From: Lama glama
Lineage: Eukaryota
NCBI GenBank assembly: GCA_028534125.1
Contig: CM052816.1
Span: 1,550,001-1,614,000 of the forward strand
Reading direction: 5' to 3'
DNA: 64,000 bases
Shown here: positions 51,310-64,000 of the stretch, piece after piece
How positions within the stretch are numbered: the first letter of the stretch is position 1
How the letters are laid out: the number at the start of each line of letters is the position of its first letter
Notes under the pieces: model-generated
What the model was told of the DNA's origin: nothing
Databases searched by the model: none
The model's input: the letters and a program-made list of their open reading frames with translations, nothing else
Made by a program: the position numbers and the translations under genes

Positions 51310-51750
51310 TTTTCTTTAGCTTCTTCTTTTATTTTTTATTTTTTTAAAATATATGTTTTTATTGAAGTACAGTCAGTTTACAATGTTGTGTCAATTTCTG
51401 GTGTACAGCACAATACTTCAGTCATATAGGGACATACTCATTTTCATATTTTTTTCATCACAAGTTACTACAAGATATTGAATATAGTTCCCTGTGTGAT
51501 ACAGTATAAGCTTGTTGTTTATTATATATATATTAGTATCCACAAATCTTGAACTCCCAATTTATTCCTTCCCACCCCCTTCCCCCTCTAGTAACCATAA
51601 ATTTGTTGTCTATGTCTTTGAGTCTGTTTCTGTTTTGTAAATTAGTTTGTTTGTCTTTTTTTTTTTTAAGATTCCATATATAAGTGATACCATATAGCTA
51701 GCTTACAATGCATCAGTTTCTGGTGTACAGCATAATATTTCAGTCATCCA
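51310..51750 (-). mobile_element. Lineage L1 3' UTR fragment(s)
   Basis: 'tttattgaagtacagtcagtttacaatgttgtgtcaatttctggtgtacagc...gagtctgtttctgttttg...agattccatatataagtgata' closely resembles the 3' UTR of copies A, B and C. Confidence 0.85.
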
Positions 51751-52489
51751 TATTACAATGTTAATTAAGACTTCTAGCAGGAAAACCCAACAAGAGGAAA
51801 GGTGTTTATCCCAGTGAGTAAGATGTATCTTTCAGTTGTATTTTCTTTCTCTTCAAGAGCACATGGCCAAGAAGACCTTCACCTTGATGAAGATGCTCCT
51901 TGCCAAAACAGTATATTTCGCCATGATGGCAGGTAGCTGCAATCCTGGCCAGGGTTACTCTTGTTTATGGAAAATGGAAAACAATGGACAAGAGAAGATC
52001 AAGCATAGGGGGTGGATTGGTGGACTACTGTCTTTTCTGGGGCCACAGGAGAAGGTAGTTCCTGAGACAGAGCCATCAGACTGGGACAAAGGGCATCAAC
52101 TTTCTTGCTAACTGACCAGCTGCTATTCCCGAATGTTCCCCGTGCTGGTTGTGTACACTGTGTTTACTCACATGCAAAGTTCCTCTCCCCACAGTCAGCA
52201 GACACCATCAATGGCTTTTCAGTCTGGTGGGGACAGGATCTCTTTGTGAGGACCTCATGAGTGCAAATCTGAAATGCCAGCACCAAAGTCAGAGTCCGGA
52301 GTTTGCTGCAAAAGGCCCCTCTCCATTCACAGATGATGCAACAGATTGGTATCCTTTTCACCATGGCGACAGCAGTTGACATGGAAACAGCTGTTCCTGC
52401 TTCTACACGTAATCATTGTCCCTTACTCAGGCTTGCCAAATGTCAAAAAATATCTGCCTGCCCAGTACCCATTTCTTCTATCTCTAGGA

Positions 52490-52970
52490 ACTGCATCAAG
52501 ATTATCTTTTGGGAAATCACCCTTTTTGAACATCCAAACCAGTAGTGTTCGATAATACCTGTCTGCCAAGCTCAGCAGGTAACAGACACCTGATCAAGCT
52601 GAGTCACAGGAATTGGTTTAGGTATAGACAAGTGGCCCACTCTGAGTCCATGAGTGTCAGGTCCAGATTCTGTTAAAATGATTGGAAAAGTGACAGGGTT
52701 TTGCCTGCTCTTGTCAAATTGATGGAATATAAGCCTGAAGCTGTTGGCGGATCTTTGGCACCAGCTGTGTAGAACATGCTTGAAAATTTAGAGGAAAAAC
52801 AGTTCAGGGCCTGAGAAAGACACATTCCTGCTGATAAAATTTGAGCACCTGGATCCAGACTTACCTGAACTTAAGTACACCTTTGGACTTTTCAGTTATA
52901 TGAACCAATTTTTGCTTAAGGAAGTTTGAGTTAGGTTTCTGCCACTTATTCCCACAAAAGTCTTCATGAA
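52490..52970 (+). mobile_element. Old MaLR LTR (MLT1K/L-like)
   Basis: 'tttgagcacctggatccagacttacctgaa...ggacttttcagttatatgaaccaat...gtttgagttaggtttctgccactt'. Confidence 0.6.
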
Positions 52971-55683
52971 TATATAGGTTTTCTCCATTCTTAGAGATTT
53001 TCATAGGAACTAGGCAAAACTAGAGACATACCTCTTAAATCTCCAGCATTTGAACAACCTGTATCTTTCTATAAGCATTGCTGATAGAATCCTGAAGCTG
53101 TTAAGCCTGGTATCAGTTCATCAGCATGTGACTAGTTATTAACAACAGCTACATGCCAACCACTACTTTGGCTGTCATGGTAGGGAGGGAAAAAGCCGCC
53201 CAGGGTCCTTGTCTTTAGGGAGATTATATTCTAGCCAGGAAGGTAGAACTCATAGAGCAGAAGTTCTCACCTTCAGGGCCACAGTGCACTGATGAGTCAC
53301 CATATATTATGAGGTCTGCCACAAGGAATGTGTGACTCATGAAGCTAAAGTACCAATGTTGGCAGATGATTAAAAAATAAACATGAATTAGAGTGGATTC
53401 AAGGTTATCGCAATAATAATGTCACATTCGTTCACTTGGTTCTCCCCCATGTTTTCCTGAGGGGGAGAGAAAGGTTTGGCATAACAGCTAACGCCCACAC
53501 ACCCACATCCCCAGCCGTGTGTTGTTCCCAAGGATGCCGTCCACTGTGTGTCCCCAAGCAACACAGTAATGTAGATGTGAAGGAGGAGCAGCAGCCGCAG
53601 GAGAGCTGCCTACACTTGCTGTGCACTGATTGGGCACCAGGTACGGTACCCAGAGCATTGTAAGTGCTGCTTCATTTACTCTGTGTGAGAAATCTCCAAA
53701 TAGCCACCCTTCCTGTCTGGTAGATTAAAGAACAGCTCCAAGGTTAAACAGTTTGAGTCTGTCTTGAGCACAACTAGAGTTCGGAGAAGGGACTCATCAG
53801 CACAGGCTGGAGTTGCTGGGAAAAGGTTCCAAGCAGGGTGTGAGCTTGAACAGGGCTGTGGAGGACAAACAGACTCTGCACAGGCAGGGGAGGAGGGAGG
53901 GCATGCAGGCTCTGGGCACCTCTGGAGTGGGGACCAGGATGGTGCAAGACAAGCCAACTGTCCAGTGCCCGCTTGGCTGTTTCACGCATTGCATCCACCT
54001 CCAGGCCCTTGTCTGTGTTGTTTGCTCCACTCTTGCCCTCTCTGGTTAAGTAGCACCCAAGAGGTATTCTGGATGTTCTGAGATCCTCTTCACCATCTCT
54101 TGAAAAGAGAAGCTGCTTCTCTGGGTCAACTAACGCGAACTGTCCCTCCCTTGGCTGCCCACAGAGCTTCCCTTCAGGCTCCCCACTGCAGTACTGCCCA
54201 TGGGCCCAACCCCAGCTGCAGATTTGTCCCCATCCTTCCCCTCAGCTTGCCCCAAATTCTGGACCAGCCCCTCCTAAAGCCAAAATGCAGCTGCCCTGCC
54301 CTCCACTCCTCCAGTTTCCCTCACTCGACCAAGCAGCTTGTCTGGGTAGCCACGAGCTGGCATCCTGAAAAAAACCAACCAAGCAACCAACCACACCTCA
54401 GTCTAGTAACTCGCCTTGCCAAAACCTTTACAGTTAATAATGAGCATTTAATAACTGCTTAGTGTGTGTCTGGCACAGTTCTAAGCAGCTGCATACATTA
54501 CTTTATGGAATTTCCATAAGGAGGCTGTAAAATAGGACTAGTGCCACGTACATTTTATAGACCAGGAGATGTGGTTCTGAGAAGCAACTTCTGTGATGCT
54601 CAGAGCGAGGGCAGCAGCATGATGCCAGGCAGACCACTGCTCCCCTGCACCAGCTGTGGCCGTCGGGATCAACCCCCTCAGCCTCAGCCCGGCAGTCCCG
54701 GCCCTCCACCACCAAGACTGGGTTCAGTTTTCTAGTCTTAATTTCCCACCTGGCCTCACGGCACATTCCGAGCACCAGACCAGATGCCATGCAGCTGCTG
54801 GCTGTACTCTGCCCTCCTCCATCGCCATGCCTTTGCTTAGGCTGGGTCCTCTACCTGGAATGCCATCCCTCGCCACCTCTGTTTTTTCATTCACCCTTTA
54901 AAATCTGCCTGTTCCTTGAGGTTTTTCAATTTATCCTCTCATCTCACTGGCATCAGAACTAATCTCTGCCTTTCCCATGTACCTTCTTCGTATCTCTTTC
55001 ATAACGCATCTCCCTTTATGTTGTTGGTGTGCAGTTACTTTATCATGAATCCCAGAGAGGCAGGGATTTCTCTTAGTGAGTTCCACTTGGGCGTTTAGAT
55101 CAATGCCTTGCGTGTGGGAGCTGCTTAAGAATTGCTAGAAGGGTTAAACTGAATGGCCACAAATTCTACCTTTTTCCAAATACCTTCCCCCAACAGCCCA
55201 CCAAAGTGCCTAGAAGTTTCACCATTAGAGTTACTGCCTTGATTTAAAACCTGGTCTCCAGCAGGTCTCTGCTGAAATGTATTTATAGCTAGAAGTGTAA
55301 CGGATTGACTCAGGAATGCTTCGGGTTACCAGTTACACAACCCTTGGAGTTAAATCACCACTGGTCTGGAAAGGATGGGCTCATTCTCCAAGGTGAGCGA
55401 CGCCTCATTTCTTGGTGGTGGACACACGTGAGCAAAGGCTCAAACCTGCCTCCTTCACCAGCGAAATGATTCCCAAGTGGTTGCAGGCTTCTAGCCCGTT
55501 CCCTGTGATGATTCAGTAGCTCTTTACAGAGAAACAGCATGATTCTTCTGGTTCTGGAAGTGACACAGGTCAAACAGGGGGTTCGCAACACTCCCCAGGT
55601 TCTGACCATGGAGCCTGCTGTATCCCACTCAAAAGTCTTTGCTCAGAAACCCTGCAGTGGGTGAGACGGGTTAGAAAGGAACT

Positions 55684-56126
55684 ATGGTAAGTTGAATAGT
55701 GTCCCCCTGCCACTCAAATTCAAGTCCACCTCAATCTCAGAATATGACCGTATTTGAAAATAGGGTCCTAGCCGACATAATTAAGGTAAGATGAGCCCAT
55801 ACTGGATCAGGGTGGGATCTAAATCCAGTGACTGATGTCCTGATAAGAAGAGGAGAGGACATGCAGACCCATGGAGCAGAACAGGTGAAACTGGAGGCAG
55901 AGATCGGAGGGGTGCAACCAGAAACCAAAGAACGCCAAGGATTGCCTACAACTAGCTCTGGTCAGAAGCTAGAGCCAGAGGCAGGGAACAGATTCTCCCT
56001 CTGAGCCTCCAGAAGGAACCAGTGCTACCAATGCCTTGATTTTGGCCTTCCAGCCTCCAAAATGGTGAGAGAACACATTTCTGCTGTCCTAAGCCACCAA
56101 GTTTGTCGTGGCAGGAAACTAATACA
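55684..56126 (+). mobile_element. MaLR LTR (MLT1B/C-like)
   Basis: 'gttgaatagtgtcccc..ctcagaatatgaccgtatttgaaaatagggtc..ctaaatccagtgactgatgtcc..ggaaactaataca'. Confidence 0.85.
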
Positions 56127-59100
56127 GTAACCAACATGCAGAGACGGCCTAACACGTACCAGGCACTTTACTTCTTGTACCAGGCACAACCCTCAAGGAG
56201 GGAACCGTTACATAATTTTACAGATGACGAAGGCTGACACTCAGAGAGGTTAAGAACTTATCCAATGTCACAAAGCTGGGAAAATGGCAAATCTGGGTTT
56301 TGAGTCTATGAAACTGTATTAGATTGTAGGTGGTCTTCTTCTGCCTTCTACACCCTTAATTTCTTTCCCCGAGTACCAGGATCTGCTCCAAAAGGTCTAC
56401 ATGTTGGCTCCTAGGGCAGGCATCTCTGCCTATTTTGCTCCCAGACATATCCTAAGTGCACTAGGTGGCTCCTGGCATGTAACAGTTGCTTAATAAGCCT
56501 TCACTGAATACATGAAGCCTCTCCTAAGTCTCACGGGATTTACTTACTATACTCCTTTTGATGAAGATGAAAATGAGGCACAGAGAGGGTCAGAGACCTG
56601 CCCAGAGTCCTGATTCCTGGTAGCAGATCACATGGTGCAATTCATTCCCTCACCCACATGCAAAATGCCACTGACGTTTGTAAACCCAGTTCCTCAGAAT
56701 GAACTGCACTTCATCATCTTCACTGTATCATCTATGGAGCATTGCTCAGTTCCAGCCCTGAACTAGGTGTTTTGCAAACAGTCTCACCTTTAACCCTTAT
56801 TATACTCCTATGGGCTGGCATCCCGCTTAACCTGCTTGGATCTGAGGCAGAGAGAAATGAAGTAACGTTTTTGGTGTCCCACAATGGGTAAGTGAGAGGA
56901 TCAGGGTTCAAGGTCAAGTCTCTTTGATTCCAAAGGCGGTACTCATAGCCACTAAGTAGACTGCCTCTCTTAGCGGGAGCCCCACCCAATGTGAACAAGG
57001 TCGAAAGAATGGAAGCTGATGGCTAGTGATAACTCTGCTGCCCTACCCTCCTGGCCTCTTCTAGGCTCCCTCCTCCACTGCCTGTGGACCTCCGTCTCTA
57101 TGCAACTTGAAATTGTCTGTGCTCACTCAACTCATCTTGGGTTGGTTCTGTTCACCCTCTGCCAGAAAGCATAAGGCTCTTCCCAGGACCTCCCTCCACC
57201 TTCCCTCATCCAAAACTGAGGACTGTTCATTCACTTGTCCGTCAAATAGAGATGGACTTAAAGATAGAAAAGGGCCGTGAATATATCAGGAATGCAGCAG
57301 TGAAAAGACAAATGCTGTTTTTCCTCCCAAGAGACTTCATTTGATATTTTCTCCCTGCTAGTTCCCAAAAGTCCTATCTTATTTATTTCCCTTGGCAACT
57401 GCTGGCTTCACACCCTAGTGAAAGTTTTTAATGCAATTCCAAGATGCATTTCCTTTCAGAGCTAAGGATACTTGAAGCTAAGATTCTGTAATAATACTGC
57501 ATTTTAACAGGAGTTCATTCTTCCCAAATGATTATAATTTGGGAGAGTTTCTATCATCAGAAAGGTGGAAGGGCTTCCCACTCCTGGAATTACACCATGG
57601 ATGTGTGGGTGCACCCTGCTTGTGAGGAAGCCTGGCTTTGCCCAGAATGACCCTACATCCCCTTCCATCTGTCTGAGTGTCTAAGAAGACCCTCTGAATA
57701 TGCTAGTGACAACGGTAGGGAAATCCAGAGAACACCCTGACCAGCCTTCCCAGTTCACTCATGGAGAAAACGGGACTCCCCGAAGGGAAGTCACTTCCCC
57801 AGCTGACAAGCACCAACTGGCCTGAATCCCAGCACCTTCCCGTACACACCACTGGGCCACCACATCACTGGTCTTTCTGGATGTCCTTGAAATGCCCCAG
57901 AGTAGGAGGAAAGGGTTTGTCCTGTCAGAAAGGAAGGGAAGCAGGTTCATCCAGGGTCTTTCTTGGAATTTAACATTCATGACCATGTCCAGGTGACCTA
58001 TCATGGACTTGGCCCTGGAGCCCAGGAATAGGGATGTGAGGAGGAAGGAGAGTCTGGGAGGGGGCCCAGGCAAAGGCAGTAAACGTGGTGTTGAGTGACA
58101 CAAGGGCTTGAGAATTTATCATCCATCACAGGCAGACAACACACTGAGCAGAGGGCCTCAGCAGTCCTGCAAAATGTGGGGGCCCTCATGGGGAGCTCTT
58201 TCCACTGAACTGTGCGTGCTCTGGGAAGAACCACCCAGCTTAAGAACAAGGCCGAGCAGTGTGCCTAGTCTAGGCCCATGTGGTAGGAGGAGGTGGCCCT
58301 CCCCCTCTGCCTGTCATGACCCCACTTTGAACTGAGTCCTGGAAATTCTAGGACCCCCTACATGCACCCCTGCATCTAGGGTGCAACAGTGGATGTTCAA
58401 TCAGTATTTATTGAGTGAATGAGTCCCCTGGGAAGGTAATATATTAACATATTATCTGCTGCTAATAGCTTTGTGCAAATTAGTTTAAAATTAAAATGAA
58501 CACTTCTTCGGTACTTCGCATCTTATTAATGTAGCACATGCAGAATCCCATTTAGTTTTTACAGTATTCTTGGGAAAGGTATGTTTGTGACCTTGGGTAA
58601 ATTATTTAACCTTTAAAATGGAATTATAGTACCTACCTCACAGAGGTAAACTTAATGGATAATACACGTAAAGCATTAGAGTCTTCCCACAGAGACTGTT
58701 ACCTCTGGAAATTGTGGCCTGTTTCTCCACCCCTGGGATACAGACTATTAAATGGCACCTTGGGATGTGGGAGCAGAGCCCTGCCTGATGTCAAGTCCTT
58801 CTCAAGGTCACTGTCTTGGACCCTGGCCGCTGGCAGTTCCCCCCCAAGACAGAACGTTGGCTGGTGTCCACTCTGGCCTCACAACCTTAGCCCAGAATTT
58901 TGCTTTGGAAGGCATCAGACATTCTCTCTTTGGTTGTTTACTTATTGTTCTCAGATCATGTGGAAAGCCCGCTGGAAACTTCAGACACTGTTATCATGAG
59001 ACTAGAGAACTGGTGAGGGAGAAGCTGAAAGGAAGATAAGAGAAAAGCAGAGTCTGCTGGGGCTCTTGCCTTGGCGTTTGTTCTCCACATTTTTCTAAGT

Positions 59101-59474
59101 GGATCCTCATAAGCACCCAGGGGCTGGGGCCAAGTCACGGGCTGCGGCCAAGTCAGGAGCCGTGACTCCACTCTGTGCCCTTTTGCCACAGGTCCCCAGC
59201 CTGCGCCTGGTAAATGAGTCCCCATTCTTCCTGGCCCCACCTTTCTTCTGTCTGCTAACTCTGCCTTGCAAGGGAACACGACCCTATAAACACCAGAGCA
59301 CAGAGAGAGCGAGAGAGGGAGAAAATATACTTTTTATAAAGAAAGGAGTCCATGCTGGGCAGTGGGGGGAGGGTGCGAAGAAGGGAGGGGGAGAACATGA
59401 CAGGAAGATGAAGTCCCGGGAGGCAGAGTGGGTTCAGCCACTGATAGGGGCTCTGAGCCAAAGATATTTAACAT

Positions 59475-59782
59475 CAGGTTTGCAAATAGCCACCCTATGG
59501 GCTAAATCCAGCCAAACACTAATTTGGGGGCCCATACACGGTTTTAAAATTTGGAAATTTTCCCCTAAAAATGCAAATATCCAGCTTGAAAAATACGGTC
59601 ATGCTGGCTTCATACTTAATGGCAACAATGAATTGGAGCTGTGTAGCACCTGCCTCCTCTAGATGGGGCACAGGCCATTCTCATTTGCCATAGTCCCCAC
59701 CACTCTGCATTGTGTGTCCCTCAGCCTGGTTCACTTACTTGAATTATTGAAGTCCCTGGCCATATCTGAGTTTGGGAGCCTT
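59475..59782. mobile_element. MER102-like hAT-Charlie DNA transposon
   Basis: 'caggtttgcaaatag..gggctaaatccagcc..atggcaacaatgaattggagctgtgtagcacctgcc..tttgccatagtccccaccactc..tgagtttgggagcc'. Confidence 0.65.
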
Positions 59783-60671
59783 AGTTTACATGTATCATTT
59801 TTAGCATCAGTTGGTGAAACCACCTTCTTTTCTAGCTACTCAAAGATACAGACCTGAGAGCAAAGGCAGTAACTGAGAGATGGTTTTGAGAGGATGAGTA
59901 GAGAAAGATGGAGGTGGGGAGTAGAGGTGAAAGGGAGAGAAAATTTGCAAGTGAGAAAGGAAAAAGTCCAGGGCAAGGGAGAGGGAGGTGTGACAAGCAG
60001 GGAGAGAGGGAGGGGTCAGTATCTTCCTTTCCCATCTGTCTGCACTGACTCCCTGGATTTCCTTAAACAAGGCATGTAATCTTTGTTGGTCAGTAACTTT
60101 CCTCATTAGTACAAGGTTGCATCAATGTGTTCATCACCAAATAATGAAATTTCCATGGGGCTCCTCTGAGAGGAAATCAGAAGGAGATTCTTAAATAAAT
60201 TAATCAATGACAACGCACTGTTTATATTGGCTTCTCTGGGTGACTGATTTCATATTTATCAAGCCGAGAATTTGTGCAACCATACGAATAACACCATTAC
60301 TACCTTCTTCCAGCTTGTATTAATTTCACAAAACAAGACATTTGGTCTCAAGCATTTCTGGGCTAAGCTTCCAAAAAGGGTGCTAGAGTTTTGCGGGCAG
60401 AGTAAGGAGAGAGAGAGAAAGGTGAGGTTTACTGTAGGTTGTTTCATTACAAAATCAATCTTAACCACCCTTTAAACAGCTCTCATCTCCCTGACTACTG
60501 GTGTTTGCCAATATTTGCAGCTGATTTGCTGTACAAATGTTGAAATTGTATGCTACTCCTGAAAGAGCGAGCTCTCATGCTAAAGAGATTTATGGACCTT
60601 CTGTTTATTTGTTTGCACCTATCAGGATTAACTCTTTGATGGGCTTTTCCTAACCTAGTCACTGCCCATTT

Positions 60672-61080
60672 CTTTCATTCAATGAATAATTCCTGAGCAC
60701 CTACTACGTACCAGGCTCTGTTCCAGGCACTGGGACCAAACAGGAGAGGTTTCTCCTCTAGTGAAGCCCCAGCCTACAGGGTGGAGACAGGCCTTAAATA
60801 AACTCGCATGGATGCAGATTAATCCCCACTGGAGGCTGGGAATGAAGTAATTTAAACCAAGCCGAAGTGAGGTCGTGTGAGGGGGAGAGGGCTCTCTGCA
60901 AGGTGTGTAATGAGGAGCAAATGTGCCCTGGCTCCTGAGTGATCAGAAGGAAACTTCTCCGCGAGGATCTAGGGGAGGGTGCTCCTGGCAGAGGCAGCAG
61001 CAAGTGCAAAGGTTTGAAGGCTCAGAGGAGCGTGCTCTGTGCAGAGGTGGCAGCTTCGAAGCTAGAGACAGGGGCTCGCT
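60672..61080 (-). mobile_element. L2 3' fragment
   Basis: 'ttcattcaatgaataattcctgagcacctactacgtaccaggctctgttccaggcactggg...ggcagaggcagcagcaagtgcaaagg'. Confidence 0.7.
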
Positions 61081-63699
61081 AGAGCTAGTGAGAAGAACAA
61101 TTACGATAAATTTTAAAGGAGGTACAGTTTTGTTACTTTTCAGCACCAGTGCTAATTGGAAGCAGGCTAATACATAACTGTACTGTGAAACCCCTTAGGG
61201 AACCTACTTTAATGAATAGAGAAGAAGTATTCGTAATTATCATAACAGGATTGTCTGTAAATAAATGCTTCTAAAAATGCCTAATTTGACACTTTTAAAA
61301 CAATTTGTCCTTTTAAGCTGTTTAAACACACTGTCTCCCGGGTCGTTACGACCTTCCATTTGCATTCTAAATTTTTCGTCTCTCCTTTCCTTCTTCCCCT
61401 CAGATAAGTTCTGAGCAGCTCTTAAGAACTCAGAGTTCTTCAAAGATTCTGAAAAGGCCAACACCAGCCAAGTTCTTACCTGAATTACCACAAATTTTTA
61501 ATTAATAAAGTCTAGGTTTTTTTGAGACATTCCTAAAATAATAATAGTTGATAGTTATTACACTAGTTATGTTGATTTACGATGTGGATACATTATTATC
61601 CCCATTTTGCAAATGAGGAAAATGAGGTTTAAAGAAGTCATGTAACTTGGTCAAGCTTACATGGCTAGGAAACGAAGGAGTCAAGATGAAAACCTAGCTT
61701 CTCTGAACTATCTATTTGTGCATGCAGTAAGTATGCTGTATTAGAAGTCAAGTGGCCCAGTTTCTAGTGTCTGCTCTGGCGTTAACTAGCTTGTGACCTT
61801 GGATGAGGTGCTAAACCTCCCTAAGGGCTTAGTTTCCTCACTGGGGAAAATGCTCCTGCTGACACCTGCTGAGTCTAACAGACCGCGTCCATTTCACAGG
61901 TGTCTCCTACGTGCTCTGGAGTGTGCTGGGGGCTGCAGATACCAGGGAAACAGGATGCGGAAGCTGGCTTCATGGAGACCACCATCACGTAAAAGGAATA
62001 GATATTATTCAGATGATCCCACAATTAAGAATAGAATTACAGTCAAAGCAGGTGGTCTAAGTCCTCACACAGCTGGGGCGTGCCTAGCCCAAAAGTCCCG
62101 GCAAGGCAACCTGAGCCTGTGGCTTTGGAACTAAGGGCTGAGTGCTGAGTGAAATTAGCTAGATGAAGAGGAGGAGGTAGCGGTGATGCCATGAGGGATG
62201 TTCCAGGAGCGAGGACAGCCCGTGCAGTAGGCCCTGTGGAGGGAGGGACCTTGGTCCTGAAATAAGGCCAGTGTGTCCAGGGCACAAGGTGTGAGAGGGT
62301 GTGAAGGGAGAGGAAGATGAAGAATTAGAAGTCAACCATGCAGGGCCTTGAAGGCCACGTCAGTGTCCTGAGGGGTCTAACACTTTCCAGATTTTATGAC
62401 TTCTTTATGGTGACTTCTGTCTTTCTCCTATCCCAAGACCCTTTTCCCCTAACCCTGCTATCCTCTTTTCTTTCAAAAGAACAGGAAGACCTGGCTAAGG
62501 GGGTACCACGCTGACGGCCTTAGCATTGCCCCTGGCCGGTATTCACTGCAGTTAGCAAATAAGGCGCCAACCTGACGTCTGGGGTCCCAGGAACCTGCTG
62601 CAGGCCAGTGAGACAGCACATTCTCTTCTAAGACAAGAAAGACCCTGACATTTTTTCTTTGACATAAAAAAAAAAAAAAAAAAAGCCAGACCTGCCAGGA
62701 AGGCCCCGTGGCTGGAGCTTCAAATGCTGGAAAGGAAATTAGTTTCTGCAAAAACACAAGGCTGAACATTAGGCCCTTCCACTCCCTGCCTCAGATGCTA
62801 ATCTGGTTGGCGACAGTGGTCTACAGGAGACAGAGGTCGCGTAGGGACTCTGTACTTATGCCCCTCCCCCCAACACTTTTAAAATTTCAGATGGTGTGAT
62901 GAAGGATTCAGGCTGCTGGGCACCTGCCTTAATCAGATTCATTCCACTCTGTCAGGGAGGGCTGTTCTCTGGTGTCTCTGAGGAAATAAAGATGATAAAT
63001 AGAAAGTCTCGTACTTTATTAGCATGGATGGGCAGACGGATCCCAGCAGTAATTAATCCCAGGATGTTTACACATTTTTTCTTCTTTGTCAACCAAGAGG
63101 GGTGGTTTGCAGTTGTTGCCATAAAGGAAGAATGGAAGCTGAACAACTATGCCCCCCTCATGCAGGTGGAAAGAGAGACAGCGGAATGCTGGTTAATCAT
63201 CCCACGATGCTTAACAAACAGCAATGTCCGAAAAGTCAAGACTCTGGGTCCCTAAGGGAAAAACAAGTTGCAGGCATGCAGGAGGACCCTCTTAGAACAG
63301 CTTAGAAAATCCTGTGGCTTAAGCCTAAATTAGTACAGATCTTTTTTTTTTCTTTTTTTTTTTCTTGGATAGGGAAAAAGGGGATATGGAGAATGTAAGC
63401 CTCCTCCCCCCAAAAAACAATACAAAACAGCTATGAATGCTTATGAAAACTGCATTGTTTCAGAACTATTGTGAGTAATTAAGGGTCAGGCAGAAAATCC
63501 TTTTGTTCCAATCCTAGGATTGTTCCACATCTTTCCAGAACATCCACATTCTTCCTTGCCTAGTAAGGACTGCAGAATGGCTGAAGGTTCGTCATTCCAG
63601 GACAGATATTCTGGGATGATCTGGGTTGTTGTGAGGCCTTGGGGACACTATTATGAGCATCAATCCTTTTTATGCTGTCACCCGAGAACAGGAAATTCA

Positions 63700-63805
63700 G
63701 GCTTGGGTTCTGGCTCCACAAAATATGAATCATGTGACCTTGGGTAAATCACTTCGCCTCTCTGAACCTCAGTTCACTTATCTGCAAAATCAAGGGATTA
63801 TGGCC
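63700..63805 (+). mobile_element. MIR fragment
   Basis: 'tgtgaccttgggtaaatcacttcgcctctctgaacctcagttcacttatctgcaaaat'. Confidence 0.7.
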
Positions 63806-64000
63806 CTGGATAGCTTGAAATTTCTGTGTTCCTGGATTTAAAAGGCTGCATTGACAGCAATTTTAGGATATTGGGCTGAGTATGTAATCAAACGAGGGTA
63901 GACACTTCTTACACTTTTTAGATACATTTTAGGTGTGAGAGGTGTATTTGTGGAGCGGTGGTGGTGGGAGGCGATTTATCTATTTCTTCTTAAAGATTTT

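Noticed and set aside
51790..52480. Possible processed pseudogene or exon cluster
   Set aside because: The frames I translated gave no recognisable protein, and there is no poly(A)/TSD signature.
59099..59662. 187-aa ORF
   Set aside because: Its C-terminal third runs through a MER102-like transposon, and it has no protein-like homology.

Overview
Mammalian non-coding DNA, very probably camelid (alpaca/llama/camel): it holds three copies of a tRNA-derived Vic-1-like SINE and cetartiodactyl-type L1 3' ends. I found no protein-coding gene, RNA gene or CRISPR array that I can support. The only ORFs with recognisable homology are decayed L1 ORF2 fragments. The window is intergenic or deep intronic. 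It is dominated by ancient eutherian repeats (MIR, L2, MLT1, MER DNA transposons) and younger L1/SINE/ERV insertions, with one 500-N scaffold gap and several repeat-poor islands that may be regulatory. The strongest observation is a head-to-head inverted pair of L1 3' fragments (about 26.0-27.0 kb and 28.4-29.9 kb). They show a mosaic of perfectly identical tracts and roughly 16%-diverged tracts and share a premature ORF2 stop, which suggests ectopic gene conversion or a local assembly chimera. Also notable are a solo ERV LTR with five CCAAT boxes and two octamers, and a tiny L1 with an 18-bp twin-priming inversion. I see no evidence of a novel multi-gene system. Repeat subfamily names come from recalled consensus motifs, not from a search, and boundaries are approximate.
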